Source: Salisapilia sapeloensis CBS 127946
Taxonomy: Eukaryota; Protista; Oomycota
Direction: 5' to 3'
Length of the DNA stretch: 64,000 nt
NCBI GenBank assembly: GCA_023334545.1
Contig: JAADVB010000012.1
Coordinates: 62,001 to 126,000 of the forward strand
Position 1 is the stretch's first letter. Each line of letters starts with the position of its first letter. Below, in pieces: positions 1 through 11,195 of this stretch. The notes below the pieces were generated by a model, which did no database searches, had not been told where the DNA came from, and saw only the letters and a list, made by a program, of their open reading frames with translations. The translations under genes were made by a program, and so were the position numbers.

Positions 1-186
1 AGCATCGAATGTTGAAGTTGTCATGTCCCGGGTCACTTCCCTCGAATTAAACAGTGCGAGTAGGATGCTCTAGTCGTCGCGTCGGCTATTGAGAAACTTC
101 GACTGAGATAAAAGCGTGAAGCAGAGTAGAAAGATCACATGCAAGATTACTACAATATTGGTCATCAATGAAAAGTAGGTTGTCTC

Positions 187-698
187 CGCGCTGAAGACCA
201 ATTCGGCATGAACGGGAATTCACATTTTGCAATTTTATTCATCGTATTCGAATGAGGCAATTCTGCGCTCGCTGAGAATAGCCCATCTTGCTTTGCTACT
301 TGCCATTGGAAACCCAACGTGCCACTTCAATAGAACGTTTCCTCACTATATCGAATACATATGTGAGTGTTCTGTACTGCGAATGAAGATGCGAATTCAT
401 ATTCTTGGTTTATCTCTGTCTTGGTGTTTGATGCAATCAGAAGAAAACGATCTTCGAGAAGACTTCAAGGCACGCCTGATGCTCGAAATGTGCAAATTTG
501 AAAAAAAACGCGGGAAAGACTTGGTGAGCTCTTCGCTTTACTTGCGCTATTGAGCTCTTCGCTACTATTTCGGAACAGGCATAGTACAGTGATAGGTAAA
601 ATAATTAGAAGATATTTTCGATTTGCACTGTACTCCGTCCCAGTGAATTGGCGAAGAGCTCAATCGCGCAAGTAAATCGAATGTAACTTCAACCTGAA
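187..698. repeat. Degenerate dispersed repeat, copy 1 (partner 50811..51248)
   Basis: Colinear similarity by eye, e.g. cgcgctgaagaccaattcggcat vs cgcgctgaacaccgattcggtat, and tttgatgcaatcag...gaagacttcaaggcacgcctg...aacttcaacctgaa in both copies; frames contain stops. Confidence 0.85.
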
Positions 699-2295
699 GG
701 ACCGACGATCAAACACGATGCACTCGACGTTACTCGCCGCTAAAGACTTGGCATTGATTTCTATTACGGTGTTTGCATGTTTGTTCACATAGTGCCCAAT
801 GCTCCTTCCTAAATACCCGATTATCCGCTCAACAGACACGATCTCGATTGTTTTAAAAGATATCATAAAACAAATTTGTATTATCGATCATTTCCCTGGT
901 ATCGCGAGAGTATGAGAAGTGGTGGAAATATATTGTGTATAACTTTTGCGGAATATATCTTCTTCCAAACGTATCCGACTGACTCGATCCAACAGTACTA
1001 AAGACGAAGAAACTCCCTGGAAGATGAGTATGCGTCTCATGCCTATTTATGTTGCGCTACTGGTCATGTGAACCTTCGCCTTTGCCTATCCGGACGATGT
1101 TACCGAATATGCTGGATTTGGCGCTTCAGAAATACTGGAGAATATACTGTGACTCTATGTGTCGGTTGTGGTGTTCTCTTTGGCACCCACCTTGTCAGAG
1201 CAAGTGACGATGGTAAGGATTCTGCTGTTGATGGTAGTGCCTTTCTTGGCGCTGTATCTTTATCCCTATGAGGTGTTATCAATCGACTTGATCGACTTGA
1301 ATACTCAGAAGGATATATGGCATCTCAGAGCAACTGCTTCGTTCATGCGGTTTCAAGCACTTGCACATTTCACAAACAGTGCAAATGAATTAGAAGAGAA
1401 TGATAGCAGGTATGCACTATCTCATTTTCTGACCTATTAAATACTAGCATTGTATTAAATATTCAGAAGGCGGAAGCGAAGATAAATGTGATTTGTAAAG
1501 GGAAAATATAACGATGATGAAAGTATTTCTGGATGTTCGTGGGTATGCACGTGCTGTCAAGGAAGAAAAGACGTAAGGAAGGCGATCGACACCTAGAAAG
1601 AAGTTTCGAATAAGATAGTAGCAGGTTTTCATTTTCGAATTATAGTTTTCAATGTATTTCTCCAATTGTGAAATACTTCCCAAGCTCGACCAGTCTTTCC
1701 ATACTGTGATTCGCAGCATGTTCTATTGCAAATCACACGCACATTCTATAGTATGCACCATCTAATTTGACTCTCGCCACCTGACCATGCTTGCTTTCGA
1801 ACTAATTTATCTTCATTTACATCCAAATCCCGTTGGTATCTCAGGCCCGTAAGATAAATTGTAAATTCATTGATAATCTATGAATACATTTACATTGTAC
1901 GACATTTACGAAATATTCGACTCTCTTTTGTCCGTGCCCATTTGAAATCAATCACAATTAGCTTGGAAAGAATCGAAAAAGAAATAGCCAGTAGTGATTT
2001 CTTTTTACTTCGTTTGAAGAGCACCAAGCTATTTATTGTTAGCTTTCATGACCCGATAGATATCCTGGAAACTTCATGAGCCAAAGTTTCCACTGAGGCA
2101 TAGTAATTTAATAAAGAAAAGAAAATTAACAAATCTTTCACTTTTTCTTACTATTCCTCATCTGGATGGCTCCAGTATCGCTACTGATCTAGAGATCACA
2201 TCCCTACTGCCCTGGCTTTGGTCGAAGGTACTCTTGCTCTCTATATCAACTGCTCGCTGATTTCGGCAGTCTTCAATAGTCCCTCCAGAGCCGCA

Positions 2296-4869
2296 ATGTT
2301 CATCGATATGTGGAAGGTGGGGCGCCTCGCCATACGACGGCTGCCTGTGTGGTCAGCACAAGCAAGGAACTTTGAGTCCGTTGCCGGTATAAACCGCGAA
2401 TGGTTTTTGGAAAGACGAACGCCAAATATTCACAAAGAGATTGGCGTAAAGAAGCTAAAACAGGCCCGCCAGGAGCTAGGCAGAGCTGTCAGTGATGCTA
2501 CGAACAAGGCAAGTACGAACGACAATGAGCTAATGGATCTATACAATGCATCTGAGAAACTGTACATGACGGACAGTATGACCTCTCTTTTTCGAACGAT
2601 GATGGCTCGAGGAACACCAATTATGGCAGCCATGTACGACAGCTACTTTCGCTCTCTTTATGATCACAAGAAATCCAGTGAAATGCTACGCGTGTATGAT
2701 CATCTGAAGCAGTTTGGATCGAGTGACACATTGGAAGTTACCTATCGCTTCCAAATAGTTGCTCTGCTTATGCAAGGTAAAATGGACGAAGCATATGCCA
2801 CGTACGAAGAGGCTGTGGGGATATTATTCGACCGACCGACGGAAATTGAGTCCTATATGATGCTTTATGCCGTCGAAGAAGACCGACTGGACATTGCCAA
2901 GCAGCTTTTCGAGGCAGCCAACCTGCAAATGGGTATTTGGCATGCATCCACCATCGGACGTGTCCTTCTTGCCATGGAAAAAGCTGGAGAACCTGATCGT
3001 GCGTTTACATTTTACAAAAGATCAGGCATACAACCCTCTGGCAGTACTTTAAAAGGTCTCCTACGTATCTGTCGCGCAAATAACTGGAAAGCGCGAGCGA
3101 GGGCAGTCTTGAAAAACTGTCAAAGGTCCGAACTAGAGATCGAGACGAAAGAGTACAATGTTGTCTTAGAGGCGCTGGATTTTATAGGACAGAGAGATCA
3201 GATTCGAGTCGAGTTAGCAGATATGAAAGCTCGCAAAGTTCCTTTTAATCGTACCACACATCATGTAGTCTATAGAAACCAGGATATCCTTCCGGATGAA
3301 TTGCTCAGCGTCAAGTCGCTTGAGATCGGACAAGAGGAAGAGGAGAAGCTGATTGCTATGAAAAGCAACGAGCTGAATAAACATCTACGTGCCAATGATT
3401 TGGATGGAGCCATTTCTACTTTGCAGGAGTATTCCGCATACCGCTCTCCTAGGATGAGACAGACAAATGGAGGACTGTCCATTGTCCCTCATTTGGCGAC
3501 TAGCCTCATCGAAGGACTGCATCAAGCTGGACGACATGACCAAGTAGCCGATCTCGTACCGATGTTCGTGGATGAACCTAGCAAGTTCGGTCCCGTGCTG
3601 TCCCTTGTTGAAAACCTTTACGGAGAAATGTTTGAGTATGACGATATGGTCGCTCAAGTGACGAAGGGGATGATGTCTAACGACGACGTCACCTTTAATG
3701 GGACGCTAGCTGTCCGACGATTTAAAAGACTTCGTGACGTTGATGGTTTGTATGCTCTCTACGCCTATGCCATTAAGTCGCTCAAGAATTTGGGATTTAA
3801 CAAGGGTAGAAAGAAGCCCGAGACTCACCTACACAAATACATTGGTGGCCACAACATTCATATTGCCTTTAAAGCTCTTTTGAAAGAAAAAGCGAGGAGA
3901 GGCGAGTTGGAGGAAGCATTGAGCATGATTGAGGAAATGCAGAGTATCGGATGGAATATGCGTAAGTCGAACTATGACTGCGTGGCGACAGGTATGCAAA
4001 GTGCATTCCAGAAGAACAGTAAGACGTACAGACCAGAGGATGCAGTGAAAGTGCTTGAACACATGCAGGGTAAAGGACTAGACGCGACGATAAAGATGGT
4101 CGCGATGCTGAGTTCCTTGTTGGAAACGGGGGACAAGGAGCACAAAATGCTGCTACTAGAAAAGTATGAAGAGGCTCGAAAAAGTGGCTTTGATGCCCGC
4201 GAATTCCACTACTATCTCTACACGCCGCTCGTGCGTTGCGCAGCAATCCTTTGTAACCCATTGGAGCGTCTTCGGATGTTACAAGCAGATATATTGATTT
4301 CGGATCCCGAGCCATCTAGTTGGTCTGGCAAGTCGGCATTTGTAAGCGAGCTTTTGGTTGCCTACGCTAGTAAAGATGCATTCGATGATGCCAAGAAATT
4401 GTATCAAGATCATATAGATCAAAAGTCTTATACGGCCAAGGCACTGCTCAAGCTCTTCGAAATCGCAGTCGCTCGAGGCGATATTCCGTTTGTCAATCAG
4501 GTCATGGAACGTATCAAAAGAGATAACTTGTTCTTTCAATTGGATTATGCCTATCAGTTTGTGCACCAGATCAAGTATCGAAAAAGTGCCCGTCTCATGA
4601 TGGACATCCTTGATCGTTTTGAGGCAGGTAACGTCGTCAAAGGCACGAACAAATTGATCGATGCGTATGGGCCGGAGCATCCTACAAATTGGGTACAAGT
4701 CATCTCCATGTACGCAACAGTACTCAAAGATGTAGAGAAAAGTGGTGACTGGAAGAAAGTTTTGCAACTGCGTAAGCGCATTAAAGAGCTCTTGGGTGTA
4801 AACGTGTTTAAAGAACTTATGCGAGTGAAAAAAGAGCTTTTCGAATTGGATCAGCAAATGAAGGAGTAG
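2296..4869 (+). CDS. Pentatricopeptide-repeat-like alpha-helical protein, probably mitochondrial
   Basis: Long intronless ORF; Arg-rich, acid-poor N-terminus (MWKVGRLAIRRLPVWSAQARNF); PPR-like units such as YNVVLEALDFIGQRDQIRVELADMKARKVPFNRTTH and GELEEALSMIEEMQSIGWNMRKSNY; start 2296 or 2308. Confidence 0.7.
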   Translation: MFIDMWKVGRLAIRRLPVWSAQARNFESVAGINREWFLERRTPNIHKEIGVKKLKQARQELGRAVSDATNKASTNDNELMDLYNASEKLYMTDSMTSLFRTMMARGTPIMAAMYDSYFRSLYDHKKSSEMLRVYDHLKQFGSSDTLEVTYRFQIVALLMQGKMDEAYATYEEAVGILFDRPTEIESYMMLYAVEEDRLDIAKQLFEAANLQMGIWHASTIGRVLLAMEKAGEPDRAFTFYKRSGIQPSGSTLKGLLRICRANNWKARARAVLKNCQRSELEIETKEYNVVLEALDFIGQRDQIRVELADMKARKVPFNRTTHHVVYRNQDILPDELLSVKSLEIGQEEEEKLIAMKSNELNKHLRANDLDGAISTLQEYSAYRSPRMRQTNGGLSIVPHLATSLIEGLHQAGRHDQVADLVPMFVDEPSKFGPVLSLVENLYGEMFEYDDMVAQVTKGMMSNDDVTFNGTLAVRRFKRLRDVDGLYALYAYAIKSLKNLGFNKGRKKPETHLHKYIGGHNIHIAFKALLKEKARRGELEEALSMIEEMQSIGWNMRKSNYDCVATGMQSAFQKNSKTYRPEDAVKVLEHMQGKGLDATIKMVAMLSSLLETGDKEHKMLLLEKYEEARKSGFDAREFHYYLYTPLVRCAAILCNPLERLRMLQADILISDPEPSSWSGKSAFVSELLVAYASKDAFDDAKKLYQDHIDQKSYTAKALLKLFEIAVARGDIPFVNQVMERIKRDNLFFQLDYAYQFVHQIKYRKSARLMMDILDRFEAGNVVKGTNKLIDAYGPEHPTNWVQVISMYATVLKDVEKSGDWKKVLQLRKRIKELLGVNVFKELMRVKKELFELDQQMKE

Positions 4870-4968
4870 TCACCAACGAAGAGACATCTATCATGATTTC
4901 AAGCAACAAACGCGAATATACTTTTCAATGCGTTAAATCCAAACTACACTATCTCCATTATGCGCTTG

Positions 4969-6411
4969 CTACTCTCCGAGGACATCGCCACACTGGCCCA
5001 TTGCATCCGTAACACCGGTCATAAGGCCGAAGTAGACGACTCTCCTTCGAAGAAGTCTCGAAGCAAAATATGTAGGTACTGGCGTCGATCCGAAACCTTC
5101 GAGACATTCCATCGGAAGAAACTCCAGCTCCAACTCTTCATCCTCATCCTTCTTGGTCTTTATATGACCTGGTAAGCGCGGAACGGATCGATTAGCCATG
5201 TGCGTCGGTTCCATGTTGTACCAATTATTCATCTTATGTCTCTGAAGATGCCTCAGACCTTCCGGATACGGATCAATCGCAGCTTTGCCATTCACATATA
5301 ACAGCGTCTTGTTCACATCATCCTTGTAAGGCAGGTAGTGCGCCAGACTTCCACATAGCGAATCTGGATGCTTTTGTGTATCTTCATATGGGTAAGAGGA
5401 TATGCCGGATGCACCCCACGGAGAGAATGAGTACGGCTGATGAGCAAGCTCATATGCACACCAAAAGTATTCTTTATCACCATGGGAAAAACTAGTCTTA
5501 TGTCTTTGAACCATCACGAGATACCACAGGACATCTAACGCTACACCTGTCTTGGACTTGTTGATCAAGACTAGAGACGAGTCTTGGAGTGTCCCCGACT
5601 TTCCTTCCCATGCCCACGAATTCTTATAAAAGTCGGATGGACTCATGTTATGAATGCCAAACTTTGCATAGTCAAAGTTGGCCATTAGACGTTCTAGTTT
5701 GGTGGGTTTATGCGGTGCTGAGCGCTCTGCCATGAACACATTCCCATTGATGATTCGGTCGTAGAAGAACAAAGTACCTGTGGATTGATATTCAGATGTC
5801 GAGCGCAAGTGGGAGGGATTCGACAGAAATATATTGTCGACATCCATAAGCATTACGTGTGTCAAGTTGGCGTGATGCACTGCCATGGGCTTTAGCCACC
5901 AGTTCTGTAGCCCTTCAGCCTCGTCGAAAGTCATCTCTCTGCGATCGACTGCATCTGCACAGAAGTCGATGACCTCGATACGATTGTCAAAGGTCAATAA
6001 CAACTTGATGGCGCCTTCTGATAGCTCATCGAGGCAATGGTACACGAGTATGAGCTCATCGTTCCCCAAACAACGGAGTTCGTCAATGAGAGATAGGCCA
6101 AGTGCGACAGCCTCTTCATGCATGCAAATCACGACTCCTTGATCACGAGAGACGGAATCATCATAGTTGGTGCCACGTACAATATGTCCTGGTAAATGGA
6201 TTGTCGGCACTGGTGTGAGGTTCTGGTATCGATTCAGCTTGACACCCTTAGCTTTGGCAAATGGGCGAAAGAAACGGCGTTGCAGGTCAGATGTAGATAT
6301 TTCTGTTAGACGAACTATCATGATGATCCACATCACGGCGGCAATGAGCATAAATGTCATGAATATATTCCATCGCCGGCTTGACACTGTAACGTGTGTG
6401 GTGGGTGCCAT
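4969..6411 (-). CDS. GT71 (MNN1-like) alpha-mannosyltransferase, type II membrane protein
   Basis: N-terminal TM helix; DxD in MLMDVDNIF; TGTLFFYDR, QDSSLVLINKS and HGDKEYFWCAYEL motifs. Confidence 0.85.
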   Translation of the reverse strand: MAPTTHVTVSSRRWNIFMTFMLIAAVMWIIMIVRLTEISTSDLQRRFFRPFAKAKGVKLNRYQNLTPVPTIHLPGHIVRGTNYDDSVSRDQGVVICMHEEAVALGLSLIDELRCLGNDELILVYHCLDELSEGAIKLLLTFDNRIEVIDFCADAVDRREMTFDEAEGLQNWWLKPMAVHHANLTHVMLMDVDNIFLSNPSHLRSTSEYQSTGTLFFYDRIINGNVFMAERSAPHKPTKLERLMANFDYAKFGIHNMSPSDFYKNSWAWEGKSGTLQDSSLVLINKSKTGVALDVLWYLVMVQRHKTSFSHGDKEYFWCAYELAHQPYSFSPWGASGISSYPYEDTQKHPDSLCGSLAHYLPYKDDVNKTLLYVNGKAAIDPYPEGLRHLQRHKMNNWYNMEPTHMANRSVPRLPGHIKTKKDEDEELELEFLPMECLEGFGSTPVPTYFASRLLRRRVVYFGLMTGVTDAMGQCGDVLGE

Positions 6412-7251
6412 GATCGTGTTTACATACAAAAAACAAGATTTAAATGAAAATCTGCCTCAGTGCAGAGTGGGATGCAGCTCAATTCGTGACCTCTGCTTTC
6501 TCTTTTTATAGAACGATGTCTCGGAGCACACTCGACCATGAACCTACGATCGACTAACTTTAAAGAGTCTTGATGTTCTTGTACATAATGGATATAATGT
6601 GCTTGCCCATTGTGTCTCTACTAGCACATTTGCTTTTAACTTGGTGCTCTGTTAAGGCTATAGTAGCGGGTTCATTCGAACTGTCGATACTACCTACGAT
6701 GGTGTACATACTGCATTCTATTGTGAAGTGCAATGCTTGCAGGATCCAAACATCTTGGTATCGGCACCAAGCAACGGATTTGCATTGTCGTATCTTGTGA
6801 CTACTTCATTTGAATAAAGACGGACGTAGACAAGTCAATTCTATCCGCTAGCACATTTTAAAGCACGCAAAACTTTGTATGAGCATGAGATACTTGACCA
6901 GAAAATATAGATGCGTGTCGTGACGTAGCGAGTAGAGGAAAGCTAAACGATGTTCATAGTATCAAGTTAAACAGTATGCAATGTTTGGCATTGGTGCTGG
7001 CTCATTCGAAGCTGTGTGCAGTGCTTGTGATGCTTGGGAATGTCCATTTAGTCTCCTCTGCATCGATTACTTTCAATGCAATTCATCATCTTCCGACTGA
7101 AAAGATCTTTTTTCATGATCAGATGCTGAAGGAAGAAAGTATCGTGAGCCAGGACATGCACGAAACGCCACGGATCAACAATATCATGAGACGTTAGTTC
7201 GTGGGGCAGCCAACATTCCAGCGATAAGATCTTCTTTCAATTTTTGTAAAG

Positions 7252-7680
7252 TCACATGATCATCAATACAAAAAGTTTACATGATCTAGCTAGTTCTCGT
7301 ACCGTCTTCAGCAAATCTCCGATGCATGCAGTAACTTCGGACATGCGATATAACCTTCTGGCGGAAGATCGTCGGGCATCGGAATCTACGAATTGGTTCG
7401 GGAGATATTCAGCGCCCGTCAAGAAGTCATTGAACAATCATGCGAATCCGCAAAATGGACGTCCCATCGATATCTTTAAATTCTGCTTGAGATGGGGACG
7501 AGCATCCAAGTGCTTGTTACTGTAATCACGTCCGTTTACACGATCCGATCGAAATTTGTTTGGATAGTATCCAAGGCAATCGATTTTCGATACGTTAACC
7601 AAATGCAACTTGTATTTACTATGCCTTCCAAGAAAGTCGAATGCATGCAACTCCTCAGGCGTCTCGACAATGTATGACAT
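7252..7680 (-). pseudogene. Possible decayed ORF (two in-frame ORFs separated by one stop)
   Basis: ORFs 7438..7680 and 7252..7437 are contiguous and in frame, split by TGA; further stops on both sides; no recognisable domain. Confidence 0.2.
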
Positions 7681-8108
7681 CGAGTAATCTTACTAGTGCT
7701 AAATACAACATGAACTGATCCCTTTAATGCCATACATCCATGTCCATCGACTGCTGTGACACCAATGTCGAATAGTAACTTGGAGATGCTGTCTGTACGT
7801 ATTGTTTCTGTCCTCGTCTTATGAAATATTTCTTAGTACACGCTGCCTGCATCTGTATGCGAGCACGTTATCCGAAAATCCGATTGCGTTTCGGGTGGAT
7901 TGAAAAAACTTCAAGCGTTCCACGGTGTGCATCGAAAGGAATATATAGAACAATCTCATCAGACTAAGCTGTGACATCAAGACAGACTGGATGTATCTCT
8001 ATTATGCTTGAAGATGAGCTGGAATGTGCTCTTCCTCCTCTCCTCTCCTCACTTTCGGATTTGCTTCCAACTGACAATAACAACAACAACTCCAACAAAA
8101 CTACCAAG

Positions 8109-9385
8109 ATGTTTGCTGCACGCCAAGCCCTCCAGCGCTCTGCCCTCGCGTCTTCGGCCGCTCTCAACTACTCGAGCAAGCGTGGCATGAAAGTACTCTG
8201 TGCGCTCTACGAAGGTGGATCTGCCGCTTCCAACCCCAAGTTGCTCGGTTGTGTCGAGAATGAACTCGGATTGCGAAAGTTCGTCGAAGACCGCGGCCAT
8301 GAGCTCGTGGTAACCTCGGACAAGGATGGTGACAACTCGACCTTTATGAAGCACTTGCCCGACTCGGATGTTGTCATCTCCCAGCCTTTCTGGCCTGCTT
8401 ACCTGACTAAGGAACGTATGGATAAGGCGCCAAAGCTCAAGCTCGCTATTACCGCCGGTGTCGGCTCTGACCACGTCGACCTCGAAGCTGCTTGCAACCA
8501 TGACGTTACCGTCGCCGAGGTGAGTGGATCGAACGTTGTCAGCGTTGCGGAGCATGTTGTCATGTCGATGCTCAACCTCGTCCGCAACTTCGTGCCGGCG
8601 CACCAGCAAGTGGCTGAAGGTGGCTGGAACATTGCTGAGATCGCCCAGAACGCATACGACCTCGAGAACCGTCACATTGGTACGGTAGCTGCTGGACGCA
8701 TCGGTCTCCGTGTGCTCCGCCGATTGAAGCCGTTCGACGTGAAACTCCACTACACCGACAAGGTGCGTCTTCCTGAGGAAGTCGAGAAGGAATTGAACGT
8801 CCAGTACCACCCGACTGTCGAGGACATGGTCCAGCACTGTGACGTCGTGACGATCCACTGCCCACTCCACCCGGAGACTGCCAACCTCTTCGACAAGGAC
8901 ATGATCTCGAAGATGAAGAAGGGGTAAGATACCATCCTCATCCTGTACATGCACACTCAAACTAATTTACGAACTTCTATAGATCCTACTTGATTAACAC
9001 TGCTCGAGGCAAGATCGTCGACAAGTACGCGATCAAGGAAGCTGTCGAGAGTGGCCACATCCAAGGTTATGCTGGCGACGTCTGGTTCCCGCAGCCAGCC
9101 CCGAAGGACCACCCGTGGCGTACCATGCCGCGCAACGCTATGACGCCGCACTACAGCGGTACCACGTTGGATGGTAAGCAATTCCGTTGTCTATAGATGC
9201 ATCAACAGCGTATACTTATCTCTTTCGAAATTGTAGCTCAAGTGCGATACGCCGAGGGTACGCGCGAGATTCTCGAGAACTTCTTTGACGGCAAGGAACA
9301 GCGCGCCGAGTACCTCATCGCCGACAAGGGCAAGCTTGCGAGCAAGTCGTACACGGAAGGTGACTCGACTTCGGGATCCACTTAA
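8109..9385 (+). CDS. FDH: NAD-dependent formate dehydrogenase with mitochondrial presequence (3 exons, 384 aa)
   Basis: Exons 8109-8923, 8983-9173, 9237-9385 with GT-AG introns; motifs [58 protein letters not shown]. Confidence 0.97.
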
Positions 9386-9483
9386 GCATTTTAATATCCC
9401 CAAGACGGATAACTAAGAAATCTAATATGAAGTCTTATGACATTGCAACCATCGCGTTTCTTGATGTTATCACTTTACGCTAT

Positions 9484-11195
9484 CTACGCTTCCAGTTGTA
9501 GACGAGCCTTGGCTTCAATGTCAGTCAGGACAGTCGATAGAGGGATGTCTTGTTCAGAAGCAATGACCTAGAAAGATATGAACATGAGTACTTGTGAATA
9601 GTAGAAGAGAGATAGGATTGAGTACCTTGCAGTGCTCGTACTCGGGGCGAACGTTCACGACCTGAGAGCCATAGGCCGCTACCTTCACGTCCACAGAGCG
9701 ACCAAAGGCTTCGACACGAATGAATCGTCTCGACAAGTACGCTCGTTGCATGTCACGCCTAGTACGAAGAACTCTATCATTGAAAAAGCTATAGCGATCA
9801 TATAATAAGTTTGTACCTGCGGATGCCAAGTGTTGTTGTCTCTGTAAAGAGCACTTCCAAGACCTCTTCTTCCCACTTTGGCAAGCACATAATACTATAC
9901 ACCATGTCAATCATTGCGTCCAAGGTCCTATCTACTGTCGATACGTACTTGAGGCATGTTGATGGGCGGGACTTCTTCATGTGAATTGGCTGGGACCACA
10001 CGTCCAGAGCAATCTTACGCTCCAGTAGCCTTTCAGACAGATACCCGATGACCTGTGGATTCATATCGTCGATATTGGTCTCCAAGACAACGACAGCCTC
10101 TACGTCATACGGCAGAGCAGAGTGCTTCGACACTGAAAGAAGTTCTCCAACAGCCACTCGGACGATGTTGGCATGGTTCGGAAACTCTTTCGTGCCAGCG
10201 CCGACGCCAGTCATCTTTGGCGTGAATGCCGGTGGCTCGCCAAAGGACTCAGCTAAGGCTTTTACAAGACTGATTCCTGTTGGTGTCACGAGCTCTCCTG
10301 TTGCTCTACTCTTTAAAGTAAGTATGAATGAAAAGTTCAAGTTACCACGAACACGTACCCTTTAGGAGCAGGACACACTGGCACGTCAATCATCAGTCGA
10401 AAGGTAGCTGGAGGTGGAACTGGAAGCTCTCCATGTGCACATTTGACAGTTCCAGAGGAAAAGGGCAAATAGGAAGAACAGACTTGGCGGACACCTAGCA
10501 AGTCGAGAGCAAGCACACTACCGACGGTATCGATGATACTGTCGATGGCACCGACTTCATGGAAGTGGACACTTTCCACCTCGGCACCATGCGTATGCGC
10601 CTCTGCCTGTGCAAGCAGATGGAAGACCTTTAGACTCATCGTTTTCGCCCAGTCTGATAACGAACTGCTGTTCACAAGACGCTGGATGTCGGTGAAGTTG
10701 CGCATCGGTTCATGATGGTCATGGGAGTGACTGTGGCCATGCCCATGATCATGATCATGGCTATGGTCAGCTACAGGAGGCTGATCCTTCTCCTCTTCCG
10801 AGACTCCGGAATGCTCTTGATGAGAGTGGTTATGCTCATGGGAGTGACTATGATCATGAGAATGGCTATGATCGTGGGCATGGTTATGCTCGGTGTTTTT
10901 CGCAGTGGGCGGCGCAGCAGCTTTATGATTATACACAGAAGAAACTTGTGCCTTTGTGGCAGCAATGCTTCCAGGTCCTTTCCACACACGAGTAGTTGTC
11001 AAGTCCCATTCGCCTCGAATCTCTTCCATCGACTCCAATCCACGCTTGATCTCGTCTAAAGGAGCACCCTATCACCAAGACGACTCAATTTTCCACCATA
11101 ACGTTGCATTGATGGCATTATAGTACAGCATCAATTAATGCACCAAGGAGCATATCCCCAGCCACACCGGCGGAGCAATCGAGGAAGGCGAGCAT
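9484..11195 (-). CDS. larC: LarC-family nickel insertase (nickel-pincer nucleotide cofactor biosynthesis), 6 exons, about 476 aa
   Basis: Manual splicing 11195-11127, 11068-10359, 10305-9949, 9894-9817, 9758-9626, 9567-9484 gives a 1431-nt open frame; motifs LDCSAGVAGDMLLGALIDAG, His-rich tract, VHFHEVGAIDSIID, CAHGELPVPPPAT, GELVTPTG, ETNIDDMNPQ, MKKSRP, ETTTLGIR, RPEYEHC. Confidence 0.93.

Noticed and set aside
1031-1440. Hydrophobic signal-peptide-like segments (MRLMPIYVALLVM*, MVRILLLMVVPF) suggesting an effector pseudogene
   Set aside because: Two in-frame stops, no RxLR-EER or other motif, and alternative frames are equally protein-like; cannot be supported
8075-8100. (CAA)n tract and upstream in-frame extension of FDH (ORF from 7971)
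   Set aside because: Ordinary 5' UTR microsatellite; the presequence begins at ATG 8109
8049-8960. 303-aa minus-strand ORF
   Set aside because: Antisense shadow of the codon-biased FDH; the same applies to the antisense ORFs over RPL32, RPS11, the kinesins and the cathepsin
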